Shown here one piece after another: positions 17,590-28,300 of a stretch of 64,000 nt of DNA. The DNA comes from Eubacteriales bacterium (GTDB lineage: Bacteria; Bacillota; Clostridia; Oscillospirales; CAG-272). Location: the NCBI GenBank assembly GCA_045535815.1, contig JAZSMJ010000034.1:648-64647 (forward strand). The letters run 5' to 3'. Position numbers and translations under genes: made by a program. Position 1 is the first letter of the stretch. The number at the start of each line of letters is the position of its first letter. The notes under the pieces were generated by a model, which had not been told where the DNA came from, made no database searches, and saw only the letters and a list, made by a program, of their open reading frames with translations.

Positions 17590-18894
17590 TTGGCTGATCT
17601 GAAATACACACTTTTGAAAAACGTCAAAATGCTTGACAGCGGAAATACTCCGACGGCCGTCAAGGACATACTTTTTAAAAACAGAACGAGAACCGAAGAC
17701 AGCGTTATACTCAAGGTCGAAGCTTCACCGTCTCTTCCGAGTGACGGCGGATGTATGACTATAGATGCAAGGGGCAATCTCGTGCTTCCGGGATTTATAG
17801 ATATTCACTGTCATTTAAGAGATCCCGGCTTTGAATACAAGGAAGATATCGCAACCGGAACGGCAGCGGCGGCTGCGGGGGGATACAGCGCAGTTTTGTG
17901 TATGCCCAATACGAAGCCGGTAATAGATAAGCCTGAGGTTATAGCGTATATAAACGATAAGGCGAAGCGTCTCGGACACTGCAGAGTGCTTGTCAGCGCC
18001 GCTATAACCGAGGGACAAAACGGTTTAAAGACGGTCGATTTCGATAGGCTTCACCGTGCAGGCGCACTTGCCTTTACCGATGACGGAAGACCGGTATCGG
18101 ACGATGCGGTAATGCTTGAAGCCATGAAGAAATGCGCAGAAAAGGATTATCTCATAATCTCGCATTGCGAGATCAATTCCATAGCCCGTGGCGGAGTTGT
18201 AAACGAGGGCAAGATATCACGTATGCTGGGTGTCAAGGGTATACCCAACAGTGCAGAGGCGCTTATGATAGCAAGAGATATCGTTCTTGCAGAGGAAACG
18301 GGCTGCAGACTGCACATTGCTCACGTCAGCACGAGAAGCGGACTTCAGCTTATCCGTGAGGCAAAGGCAAGGGGTGTACGTGTTACCTGTGAGACCTGTC
18401 CGCATTATTTTTCTCTTTGCGATAACGACGTTATGCTCTACGGCTCAAACGCCAAGATGAATCCGCCGCTTCGCTCTGCAGATGACGTGAGGGCTGTTAT
18501 CGAGGCGATAGTTGACGGAACGATAGACTGCATATCCACAGACCACGCTCCCCACTCCGAAAAGGAGAAAAAGGGAGAGCTCAGCGCAACGCCCAACGGC
18601 ATAATAGGACTGCAGACGGCGTTTGCGGTAGGAGTTACCTACCTCGTAATGCCGGGGCATATCACCATGAGCCGTCTCTCAGAGCTTATGACCGATAATC
18701 CCGCAAAAATACTCGGCATCGACTGCGGTATAAAGCCGGGCGCAAGGGCAGATATAGCTATCGTTTCACCCAAAAAGGAATTTGTTTTCCTCAAAAATAT
18801 GATAAAGAGCAAATCGTCCAACACTCCCTTTGCAGGGCTTCCTCTGAGAGGATATAACGAGGGTACCTTCGTTAACGGCGAGCTCTTCAACTGA
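17590..18894 (+). CDS. pyrC: Dihydroorotase
   Basis: TTG start behind GGGGGAG. GFIDIHCHLRDPGFEYKEDIATGTAAAAAGGY, HIAHVS and ISTDHAPH motifs. Confidence 0.95.
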   Translation: MADLKYTLLKNVKMLDSGNTPTAVKDILFKNRTRTEDSVILKVEASPSLPSDGGCMTIDARGNLVLPGFIDIHCHLRDPGFEYKEDIATGTAAAAAGGYSAVLCMPNTKPVIDKPEVIAYINDKAKRLGHCRVLVSAAITEGQNGLKTVDFDRLHRAGALAFTDDGRPVSDDAVMLEAMKKCAEKDYLIISHCEINSIARGGVVNEGKISRMLGVKGIPNSAEALMIARDIVLAEETGCRLHIAHVSTRSGLQLIREAKARGVRVTCETCPHYFSLCDNDVMLYGSNAKMNPPLRSADDVRAVIEAIVDGTIDCISTDHAPHSEKEKKGELSATPNGIIGLQTAFAVGVTYLVMPGHITMSRLSELMTDNPAKILGIDCGIKPGARADIAIVSPKKEFVFLKNMIKSKSSNTPFAGLPLRGYNEGTFVNGELFN

Positions 18895-18921
18895 TCATCA
18901 TAAAAGAAAGGCAGAAAGACA

Positions 18922-19791
18922 ATGTCATTTGATGTACTTATAAGCAAGATAAAAGAAAAGAATAACCCCACGGTAATGGGGCTTGATCCCAAGCTTGAAT
19001 ACGTTCCCGAATTTATAAGAGAGGGAAGAAGCATAAGCGAGGCTCTGTTTGAATTCAATAAGAGACTTATAGACTGTACGGTAGATCTTATCCCTGCGGT
19101 AAAGCCGCAGTCGGCGTTTTACGAGATGTACGGCATGGAGGGAATGATCGCCCTTGCAAATACGGTAAAATATGCTAAATCGCAGGGACTTTACGTCATT
19201 CTCGACGTAAAGAGAGGCGATATCGGAAGCACCGCTCAGGCATATGCCGAGGCGTTCTTCGGTGAGGCTTCAAACGGTGAGGATTGCGTTACCGTTAACC
19301 CTTATCTCGGCTCTGACGGAGTTCTTCCTTTTGTCAGTGCCGCAGAAAAGTATGATAAGACTATATTTGCGCTTGTAAAGACCTCAAATCCCTCTTCAAG
19401 CGAGCTTCAGGACCTTGACGTTGGCGGTAAAACGCTTTACCGTGCAGTCGGCGAGCTTGTAGAAGAGTGGGGTTCAGGCAATATAGGCGAGAATGGCTAC
19501 AGCAGAGTCGGTGCCGTCGTAGGTGCAACCCATCCCGATCAGCTGACAGAGCTCAGAGCGGCTCTTCCGCATACCTTCTTCCTCATTCCCGGATACGGTG
19601 CTCAGGGCGGAACCGCAAAGGATGCCGCAAGGGCGTTTGATGCAAACGGAAACGGCGCTATCGTAAACTCGTCAAGAGGTCTTATGTGCGCTTATATGAA
19701 GAAAAACGATCCGCAGGGCTTCGAGAAGCATACAAGAGACGCAGTTCTTGAAATGAAAAATGCACTCAATGCAGAGATATCTGTAAAATAA
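18922..19791 (+). CDS. pyrF: Orotidine 5'-phosphate decarboxylase (long, type 2 form)
   Basis: VMGLDP..., VILDVKRGDIGSTAQAYA, LIPGYGAQGG. Confidence 0.9.
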   Translation: MSFDVLISKIKEKNNPTVMGLDPKLEYVPEFIREGRSISEALFEFNKRLIDCTVDLIPAVKPQSAFYEMYGMEGMIALANTVKYAKSQGLYVILDVKRGDIGSTAQAYAEAFFGEASNGEDCVTVNPYLGSDGVLPFVSAAEKYDKTIFALVKTSNPSSSELQDLDVGGKTLYRAVGELVEEWGSGNIGENGYSRVGAVVGATHPDQLTELRAALPHTFFLIPGYGAQGGTAKDAARAFDANGNGAIVNSSRGLMCAYMKKNDPQGFEKHTRDAVLEMKNALNAEISVK

Positions 19792-19833
19792 GATTCTGAA
19801 AATGCAACTATTGGTTGCATAATAAGATTTATG

Positions 19834-19862
19834 TTGCAAAATGCATAATAATATTGTATAAT
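19834..19862 (+). promoter_or_regulatory. SigA-type promoter TTGCAA-17-TATAAT with TG extension
   Basis: TTGCAA 19834-19839, TG-T-ATAAT 19855-19862, upstream of giant protein A. Hairpin TGCAAC/GTTGCA lies just upstream, within 19803-19818. Confidence 0.6.
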
Positions 19863-19937
19863 AAACTTAACATTTCAAGTTGACGTTTTTAATCAGACTT
19901 TTGATCAATTATATTAAATCAAGGAGAAGAAAGAACC

Positions 19938-22900
19938 ATGAAGAATTCAAAGAAATTATGGCTCGTGCTGTTTCTGACAGTATCAATGCTCGTGGTATCC
20001 GGTTGCTTGTTTGCAGTTTCTGCGGCGGACGGATACGAGATCACGGGATGGTATGGAACCGATAATATCGGCTTGGAAACAACGGTTGAGCTTGTTCACG
20101 ACGGTACGGTTGTTAAAACGACAACAATTCCGGCTTTTGAGGACAGCTACGGAGAGGGCGCAGTAAACTTTTGGGTTACAGACGTCCAGCCGGGTACATA
20201 CGATTTAGTTTTCAAAAAGGCAGGATGCCTTTCGTATACGGTAACGGGAATAACCGTTATCAATTCGGACGTTAATCTCAGTAACAGCTCGCTTACAAGT
20301 GGAGCGAACAAGCCTAATCTTATATCCGGTGATATAGATGAAAACGGCTTTGTTGACGGTATTGACGTTTCATATTTCATTTTCGATATGGGTAAGTCTG
20401 ATGCAGAGGCTATATATGCAACCTCCGATTTGAATGGAGACGGATACAGAGACGGTATAGACGTTGCAAAGCTTGCATTCAATATGCTTTCTCAGCCCGG
20501 ATCAGTTGAGTATGACAATCCGCATATAAACGTGGTCAAAAACATATTTAACTTCAATGAACTGAACCCGAACGGAAGCTTTTGGTGGGGCTTGGTTCAT
20601 CCTACGCTTTCCGAGGACGGATATAAGGGCAATTGCTATACAACGAACGTAGGCAACGATATTATCTGCGGTAACCTCGGTGCAGAGGGTACGTCCGTTG
20701 ATTTTTCCGCTCTTGCAGAGGACGGTAACTACCTTTCCTTCTACGTATATGTAGAATCCGATATAACCACAACGCTCAGAACTGACGTTGTAAGTATCAG
20801 AGATGTTTATTCTGATCCTTGTTCGCTGATATGGAATACAACCGGTCTTACCAAGGGCTGGAACCATATTATTCTTGATATTGACGACGTGATCAATCAC
20901 GGAGCAAACTTTGATATAGAGAACGTGCAGTTCGTTCATTTCTGGCTTGGTACCGATGAGACAAATTGGTGCGTTGACGAGCTCAGCATAATTGAGATCG
21001 AAGATTATAATCAGGATAGTGGATCAGGCGAAGCTCCCGGTGACGAACATGAGCATGACGCTGCAACTAACCTCACTATTACAGATGCAGTAGGTCCTAT
21101 TACATCTGGCGCTGATATCGTTATGTTTGCAGGTGCTATAGGTCCGTATGATCTTACAGATTATCAGGCAAATGGCGGAGTTCACATTGAACTTTACGTA
21201 TCCGATCCTGCTTTGATAGCAAACGGTCAGCTTGAGCTTTCATCCAACAGTGCTCCCGATACTAAGGAAATCAACTGGAAGTTTGACGGTAAGCAGTTCC
21301 AGCTTAAAGAGGGTTGGAACGTACTTGACCTCAAGTTCAGTGAAATTCCTGAAGTAGAGCAGTGGGAAGCAAGCTTTGGCGGTATGGATTGGTCCGCAGT
21401 AAACTATTGCAGAATATACCTCAATCCTACAAACACAGAAGACAAAACGGTAGAACTTAAGAACGTTTACATCTTCAAGGGTGAAGCAGGTACAGAACCC
21501 GATGCCCCTGAAGATCCCGAAGATCCTCCCGTAGGCGAAGGAACAAAATTTGTTCTTACCGCTTGCGATTCCATAGATGGCCTGTGGGGATCTCCTCTTG
21601 CATTGGATACTCAAAACAAGGTAGAGGGTACAGCTTCCGTTTCAGCTTCAAGTAATAGTGATAACGTTGCCATAATTTGCGAAGCGTTTGGCTCCGGTTA
21701 CGATCTCAGTGAATATCAAGACGATATGTTCGTACACTTAAGCGTTTATATTGACGATATATCAAAGATGATAACCTCGCCCGGACACATTCAGTTTGAA
21801 TTATACGGCGGAGATCCTGTCGATAACGGAAACGGTCAACAAGTAGCTCCTTGCTTCAGATGGAATATAGGCAGTATGCTTGATACCGGATGGAACGAGA
21901 TCGAGCTTAGCTTCTCCTCTGCTGTAATAGACGATGTTGGGGGAAGAGCTACTCCTTCTATAGCTACAATAAAATCACACAGACTGTTTGGATATTCAAC
22001 AGCTCCGACAACGATAGCTATAGATGATATTTACGTAACGACTTCTGCAACATTAGCAAAGAAGTATGCAAACAATCTCTTCAAGCTTGACAATATGTCA
22101 GCATACAGTGATTCCTCTTACTACAGCAAGGCGGCTTGGACGGTTTCAGGAGCGAGTGCTTCCTTCAGCTCAGAGGGCGCAAAGCTTCACGACACTGGCG
22201 CTGTAACGCTCAACGTTGCATCAGGTCAGACAGCTGTACTTTGTAAGACCTTCAGCAATACCGACCTTAGCAAGTATGCTGATGACGGATATCTCTATTT
22301 CTGGCTCTACGTTGATAAGGCTTCAAAGATCACCGGCGGTCAGCTTGAGCTGACAAGCTCAACTCAGCCCGACTGCTACGAGACGTCCTGGAACGTTACA
22401 TCGCTTAACCTCAAGGACGGTTGGAATGAGATCAAGCTCAGCCTTAAGGACTCCAATTTTGCAAGCAATGATGCGATATGGAGTATAATAAACTACGTAA
22501 GATTCTATTTCTCTGTTAATGCTCAGACTACCATCAAGGTAGAGGGTCTGTACTTCGGTACGGCAGATGATATGGAAACTGTACAGGCTAATAAGGTTGA
22601 GACATCAAGAGACGTTTTGGTTCTCGAAAACTGCGATACGCTTGACAATTGGGCAGTTGTAGGAACTTCGAGCTGTATATATGACACCAGCAGTGCCAAT
22701 GCAGAACACGAGGGCACAGGATATATAACCACAAGCCTTGATTCCGCAGGCGACGTTGTTCTTGCTAAAACCTATCAGGCAACAGATCATTGGATGAACG
22801 CCGTGAACGCTACGGTAAATACCTGGAGAATAGATCTTCGTGAATACAAGGACAGCAAGCTTAACGTTTCAATGTATATAAGCGATCCCTCCGTTGTAAT

Positions 22901-25208
22901 TGGCGGACAGATAGAGCTTACCTCAAGCGGACGTTCTGATGCTAACGAGATAAGCTGGGGCGAGCTTGGCGTTAATATTCCGCTTAAAGCAGGCTGGAAC
23001 CACCTTGAGCTTGATTTTGCCGATGCAAATATAATCGGCAATCCCGATTACTTTGAGATAAACTATTTCAGAGCATACCTTAATTGCTCCGGTGCCATTA
23101 CAATGGGACTTGACAATATTTATTTCGGAGATACTCAGGAGCTTTCATCTGTTATATTTACCGACGGCACCAACACACTCAGCAGAGCTTACTATAAAGA
23201 TGGAAGCCGCATCAGACTCAGCACCTCGTTTTACAATTACGATAAGGAATTCAACGGTTGGTCAGACGGAACGAATTTGTATAAACAGGGTGAATACGTG
23301 ACGGTAAACGGCGACGTTACGTATACGGCTGTGACAAACGACAGACCGGTTGACAACAACGTATACTATAGCTATGATATGGATGACGGAGGATATGATT
23401 CTCCGAATAGGGTAAAGCTTAACGGAGCAGTGAAGGGCGCATGCTCTGCAACAGGCTACAACGTTGCTTGGATAAAATCAGACGTGTTTGGCCGTGTTCT
23501 CGACCTCTCGACAAACGGATCATCTGTGCAGCCCTTTGAAACCGTAAGCGTTCCGATGAGCAGTGACGTTGCGGTTGAAACATGGTTTAACGCTCCCAAG
23601 AGGACTGCTACGAAGGGCAGCACCCTTCTTGACAGATACATTATGCAGTCCGACGGAATCGGAATTTGGCTCGATCCTGACGATTCATCCGTAAACGTCA
23701 GAGTCGGAAGCACGACTGTAACTGCAACCAAGACAGATATAGGCTTTGATGTTATTGATGAAAAATGGCACTATATCTGCGTTAAATACGATGCAAGCGA
23801 TGCAAGAGTTACCGTTTATATTGACGGCAATTCGGTAAAGAGCGCTACGGTTTCTGTATCCGGAGAGCTCGGCGCTGTAGTTATAGGTGCATATTCACAT
23901 AATTCTGCAGCTAACTGCAACTTTGACGGACACCTTGCAAGATTTGCAATAACAAACGGAAACGAATTCTACGGATACTCTTCCTCGCTTATAACCGAGG
24001 CCGAATATGATGCATCGACTTCGATCAAGCTTGAAAAGGGTATAGTAATAGATCGCCGTCAGTATTGGAACTTCAATCCCTTTACTTACGAGGGTGCAAC
24101 CATAGCTCCCAACGATATTCAGAATATAAAGAGCCTCGGCTTCGATCACGTTAAGCTTCTTCTTACGCCCAACTGGCTGATAGACGATAACGGCGAGCTT
24201 ATATACGAGAATATGACTTACATTGCTCCCATTCTTGACGAGGTTCAGAGACAGGGCTTCAAGTGTATCCTTTGCCTGCACCCCGAGGAGGGCTTCAAGG
24301 GTACGTATATGAGCGAGGCTGCTTTTTATAACGGCAAATTCTCTGATCTTCTCAACTTCTATCAGGATTTCACAGCCTACGTAGTTGAAAATTGGGGAAC
24401 AGACTTTATAGCAATTCAGCTTATGACTGAGCCCAATGCAAACAGCAGCAGCGTTTCTTGGGATTGGATAGCGGACAGACATTGGGTAGCGGCGCGTAAT
24501 GCATCTGAAGATATTATGCTTATCACAAGCTCCGATGATTTCGGTAACTTTGAGCATATCAAGCATATGTCTCCCGTATTCGACTACAACCTCGTATACT
24601 CCTTCACGACCTACGAGCCCTATACCGTTGGATTCAACAACTATAATCAGTACGACTTCTGGCCTTACGTAAAAGGCGTGCTCTATCCCGTTCCCGAAGG
24701 ACTTACTTCCTCTCAGATCAGCGCATTGATCGAAGAGAATATTACGATGGTTCCCAATGACCTTAAAGAATCGGCTAGATATACACTCAGAAGATACTAT
24801 ACCGGTGAAGCTGATATCTGGCGTATCAACTCTTACGATCAGGTATACAACCTCGATTGGCATATGGAAAGATGCGCGGCGCTTGATGCTTGGAATCAGG
24901 CAAACGGCGGCAACATTCATCTGATGGCAGTTGAGTTCGGATGCTCCGATACTCAGTACAACCAGAAGATATTCCACGCCGTTGCGGGAAGCGGTATATC
25001 CGATGAGACGCGTCTGACGCTTATAGATCATCAGACAAGCTCCTTTGAGGCTTACGGTATCGGTTGGTCGTACTGGTCATACAACGAGTACTTCCATATG
25101 CTTGATACCACCAAGCATCTCAATCTTGGTAACGTCTGCCTTACACCTATACAGTTTGCAGATGCAGTTGACCAGAAGCTTATAGACATACTTCTTAACA
25201 GAAACTGA
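19938..25208 (+). CDS. Giant secreted multimodular protein A (1756 aa): dockerin + 5 recurrent modules + InlB-type B-repeat + LamG + C-terminal divergent GH5/clan GH-A-like domain
   Basis: Signal peptide. Small beta-sandwich (VELVHDGTVVK...GTYDLVFKKAGCLSYTV). Two EF-hand-like dockerin repeats. Repeated modules share ...DLSxY..DGYLYFWLYVD...GGQLELTSS...W...GWNEI.L...INYxRFY. FNGWSDG B-repeat. LamG (DEKWHYICVKYDA..VTVYIDG...FDGHLARFAI). The barrel has HPEE, LMTEPN, FTTYEPY, AVEFGC and GIGWSYWSYNE. Confidence 0.85.
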   Translation: MKNSKKLWLVLFLTVSMLVVSGCLFAVSAADGYEITGWYGTDNIGLETTVELVHDGTVVKTTTIPAFEDSYGEGAVNFWVTDVQPGTYDLVFKKAGCLSYTVTGITVINSDVNLSNSSLTSGANKPNLISGDIDENGFVDGIDVSYFIFDMGKSDAEAIYATSDLNGDGYRDGIDVAKLAFNMLSQPGSVEYDNPHINVVKNIFNFNELNPNGSFWWGLVHPTLSEDGYKGNCYTTNVGNDIICGNLGAEGTSVDFSALAEDGNYLSFYVYVESDITTTLRTDVVSIRDVYSDPCSLIWNTTGLTKGWNHIILDIDDVINHGANFDIENVQFVHFWLGTDETNWCVDELSIIEIEDYNQDSGSGEAPGDEHEHDAATNLTITDAVGPITSGADIVMFAGAIGPYDLTDYQANGGVHIELYVSDPALIANGQLELSSNSAPDTKEINWKFDGKQFQLKEGWNVLDLKFSEIPEVEQWEASFGGMDWSAVNYCRIYLNPTNTEDKTVELKNVYIFKGEAGTEPDAPEDPEDPPVGEGTKFVLTACDSIDGLWGSPLALDTQNKVEGTASVSASSNSDNVAIICEAFGSGYDLSEYQDDMFVHLSVYIDDISKMITSPGHIQFELYGGDPVDNGNGQQVAPCFRWNIGSMLDTGWNEIELSFSSAVIDDVGGRATPSIATIKSHRLFGYSTAPTTIAIDDIYVTTSATLAKKYANNLFKLDNMSAYSDSSYYSKAAWTVSGASASFSSEGAKLHDTGAVTLNVASGQTAVLCKTFSNTDLSKYADDGYLYFWLYVDKASKITGGQLELTSSTQPDCYETSWNVTSLNLKDGWNEIKLSLKDSNFASNDAIWSIINYVRFYFSVNAQTTIKVEGLYFGTADDMETVQANKVETSRDVLVLENCDTLDNWAVVGTSSCIYDTSSANAEHEGTGYITTSLDSAGDVVLAKTYQATDHWMNAVNATVNTWRIDLREYKDSKLNVSMYISDPSVVIGGQIELTSSGRSDANEISWGELGVNIPLKAGWNHLELDFADANIIGNPDYFEINYFRAYLNCSGAITMGLDNIYFGDTQELSSVIFTDGTNTLSRAYYKDGSRIRLSTSFYNYDKEFNGWSDGTNLYKQGEYVTVNGDVTYTAVTNDRPVDNNVYYSYDMDDGGYDSPNRVKLNGAVKGACSATGYNVAWIKSDVFGRVLDLSTNGSSVQPFETVSVPMSSDVAVETWFNAPKRTATKGSTLLDRYIMQSDGIGIWLDPDDSSVNVRVGSTTVTATKTDIGFDVIDEKWHYICVKYDASDARVTVYIDGNSVKSATVSVSGELGAVVIGAYSHNSAANCNFDGHLARFAITNGNEFYGYSSSLITEAEYDASTSIKLEKGIVIDRRQYWNFNPFTYEGATIAPNDIQNIKSLGFDHVKLLLTPNWLIDDNGELIYENMTYIAPILDEVQRQGFKCILCLHPEEGFKGTYMSEAAFYNGKFSDLLNFYQDFTAYVVENWGTDFIAIQLMTEPNANSSSVSWDWIADRHWVAARNASEDIMLITSSDDFGNFEHIKHMSPVFDYNLVYSFTTYEPYTVGFNNYNQYDFWPYVKGVLYPVPEGLTSSQISALIEENITMVPNDLKESARYTLRRYYTGEADIWRINSYDQVYNLDWHMERCAALDAWNQANGGNIHLMAVEFGCSDTQYNQKIFHAVAGSGISDETRLTLIDHQTSSFEAYGIGWSYWSYNEYFHMLDTTKHLNLGNVCLTPIQFADAVDQKLIDILLNRN
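20325..20492 (+). other. Dockerin module of protein A
   Basis: SGDIDENGFVDGIDVSYF and SDLNGDGYRDGIDVAKLAF both fit the D-x-[DN]-x-[DN]-G-x-x-D-x-x-D calcium-loop pattern. Confidence 0.75.
23970..25205 (+). other. GH5/clan GH-A-like (beta/alpha)8 domain of protein A
   Basis: Order of motifs matches GH5: GFDHVKL, CLHPEE, QLMTEPN (putative acid/base Glu codon 24429-24431), YSFTTYEPY, LMAVEFGC (putative nucleophile Glu codon 24933-24935), GWSYWSY. Confidence 0.65.
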
Positions 25209-25216
25209 TAATGATG

Positions 25217-25248
25217 CAGCTCCGTTCCATTGGAACGGAGCTGTTTTG
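25217..25248 (+). terminator. Intrinsic terminator after gene A
   Basis: CAGCTCCGTTCC/GGAACGGAGCTG stem, followed by TTTTG. Confidence 0.85.
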
Positions 25249-25269
25249 TCGTGAGGATATAAAAATCTC

Positions 25270-25298
25270 TTGACCGTTTTATGTAAAAATGATATTAT
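25270..25298 (+). promoter_or_regulatory. SigA-type promoter TTGACC-17-TATTAT
   Basis: TTGACC 25270-25275, TATTAT 25293-25298. The ORF-track TTG start coincides with the -35 box, so the real start is ATG 25327. Confidence 0.55.
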
Positions 25299-25326
25299 TA
25301 AAGTATCAAACGTTTTGGAGGCAAAT

Positions 25327-28300
25327 ATGAAAGCATCATCTGCAATAAAGCTGTTGTTTATTTTATGGATAGTATCGGCGATTATTATACTGACGGGATG
25401 CGAGGAAAGCGTTGCTCCCGAGCATGAAGAAGCTTTGAGCGAAGAGTCAGAGAGCGCTTCTGATCAGAATGAGGAGCCTGGTCTTATTACCGTAAGCTAT
25501 GATGCCGAGCTTGACGGTGCAGAAATACCTTCGGTCAGCGTAAGGGCAGGCGAGAAGATATTGCTTGCTGAGTGCGGCTATCAAAACGACGGCAGGATCT
25601 TTGCCGGCTGGAGCGACGGCGTGACGGTATATCCCGAGGGCAGTGAATTCACTGCACCCGAGGGCGATATAACGCTTCACGCAGTGTGGAAGGTGTATGC
25701 AGCTGCAATCAAAATATACGGCTTTGATGAAATGAACGCAAACGGAAGCTCGTGGTGGGGAACCGGGGCCGTGAACGTTTCGGTAGGCGGAGCATACGGC
25801 AGTTATTTCTCGACAGAGGCCGGTCAGAGCGTTATATGCGGAAATTTTGTTGCTGAAGGTCAGCCTCTTGATCTTTCAAGCCTTGAAGATGAAGAGAATA
25901 CTCTTTCTTTTTACGTATACATAGAAAATGATATAAATGCGGATATTACGGTGGATCTTGCAAGCGTAAGGGATACGCCGGACGCCGATCATTCTGCAAA
26001 ATGGATAGCTTCGGGACTCACGCAGGGCTGGAACCGGGTAGCGCTTAAGCTTAAGGATGCCATAGTCGGCGAAAGCTTCGATATATCAAAGGCGCAGTTC
26101 GTGCATTTTGAGATAAGCGACACCTCAAGCGTTTGGGGTGTAGACGAGCTTGCTGTATTTGGTTACGTTGAAGAAAAGCTACACGTAAACAATCTCTTTA
26201 TGCTTGACAGCATGTCGGGTAAGTACGGCACATCGATGTATAGCTCTGCTGCTTGGGGCTCGGACGGTGCAGAGGTCAGCTTCACAAACATAGGAGAAAG
26301 GCTTCACGGCTCAGGAACGGTAACGTTAAACGTAAGGCGTGGAGATACCGCTTGGCTTTATAAGCAGTTCAGCAATACCGATATCAGCAAGTACGCAGAC
26401 GACGGATATCTCTATTTCTGGATGTACGTTGATAACGCATCTAATCTTACGGGCGGTCAGATCGAGATAACAAGCTCAACTCAGCCCGACTGCTACGATA
26501 CCTCGTGGGACGTTTCCGCTCTCGGTATTAGAAACGGCTGGAATGAAATGAAGCTGAAGCTTGTCGGAGAAGCGGCAAATGAGGATGCGATCCTCAGCAT
26601 AATAAATTACGTAAGGTTTGTTTTCACTGCAAGTGAAGATACGGCTATAAAGATAGAGGGACTTTACTTCGGTACGGCAGACGATATCGCAAGTGTTACT
26701 ACCGTGCGCAAGGCAACCTCAAGAGAGGTCAGGGTTATCGAAAACTGCGACACCTCAGATAACTGGAGGGGTGACAAAAACATAACCTTCGTATCTGCCG
26801 ACAGCGAGGATATAGAGGGCAAGGGATATATTGCGATAAGCCGTGACGGTGCAGGCGACGTTGCTTTTTTCAAGACCTATCAGGGTATGAAGCATTGGAT
26901 GAACGCCGGGGGCGCAATGGTCAATACCTGGAGAATAGATCTTCGGGATTATATGGACAGCAAGCTAACGCTTTCACTTTACGTTTCCGATCCGGGTGTT
27001 ATCGCAGGAGGACAGATAGAATTCACCTCAAGCGAAGGCTCGGACGTTGACGAGATAAGCTGGGGAGAGCTTGGTGTGGACATTCCGCTTGAAAAGGGGT
27101 GGAACACGGTAGAGCTTGATTTTGCAGATGCAAATATGATCGGCACCCCCAATCTGTCTGAGATAAACTATTTCAGAGTATATCTTAACTGCACCGGTCC
27201 TGTAACAGTGGGACTTGACAACATATACCTCGGTGATAAGCAGGAGCTTTCCGATATCACCTTCACTGCAACCGAGATACTCGGGGAGGATCCTCAGACA
27301 ATAACGCAGACCTTCAAGTATAAGGACGGCGCAAGAATAAGGATGCTTGACATTCCCGATATTGAAACCAAGGAAATGACAAACTTCCTCGGCTGGTCGG
27401 ACGGAAGTAAGCTTTATATGCCGGGTGACTACGTAACGGTAAAGGGCGATGCGGTTTACACCGCACAGTATATAGAAAAGCCTTATGCAGAGGGCGTATA
27501 CTACGCATATGACTTATCGGACGGGGGCATATCGCAAGAAGGTATACAGACATCCTCGGCAGGTATTTCGGAGATCGAGTCTTCGGTTGCGGGTCTGCCC
27601 AATGCGATAGCTGAAAGTGCAGTGTGGATGAGCTCCAATACTTTCGGGCGCACACTTGATTTCTCGATAGCAGGAGCATACGTGGCTGCAAACGGTGTGA
27701 ATGTCAGCTTATCGTCCGACGTTTTGATCGAATGCTTTTTCAATACCCCGGACAGAGATCATTTAGAATCAAGATACATTATGGGCACCGGTGTTTTTGA
27801 TATATATTTAGGCGCCGATGCAAGAGTAAATATCAAGCTTGGAAATGCAAAGATAAGCTTTTCTCGAGATGCTATAGGTCATGATATAATTGACGAAAAG
27901 TGGCATCATCTGAAGGTCGTGTATAAAGCCCAAGAAGCTACCGTTACCGTGTTCGTTGACGGAAAATCCGTCGGTAGCAAAAAACTGCATTCAGACGCAG
28001 CCGATCTATCCTTTGATTCTGTTGTGATCGGAGCTCGGACGAAGGAGCCCAATCTAAATGACAGCTTTGACGGACGGTTAGCAAGATTTGCTATCACAAG
28101 CGGTGATGAATACTACGGCTACGAAAGCGTTGAGATAGCCGACGGTGAATACGACGTAGTAAGAGCTGTAGATCTCAAAAAAGGTATAGTAATGGACCGC
28201 CGTCAGTATTGGAACTATAATCCCTACGTTTACGAGGGCCAGAGCATAGCTCCGAATGATATCCAGAATATCAAGGATCTCGGATTTGACCACGTTAAGA

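Noticed and set aside
23895-25031. 378-aa minus-strand ORF. The same applies to 31108..32493, 461 aa.
   Set aside because: Both are antisense shadows inside giant genes A and C. They have no motifs, and the sense frames are conserved between paralogs.
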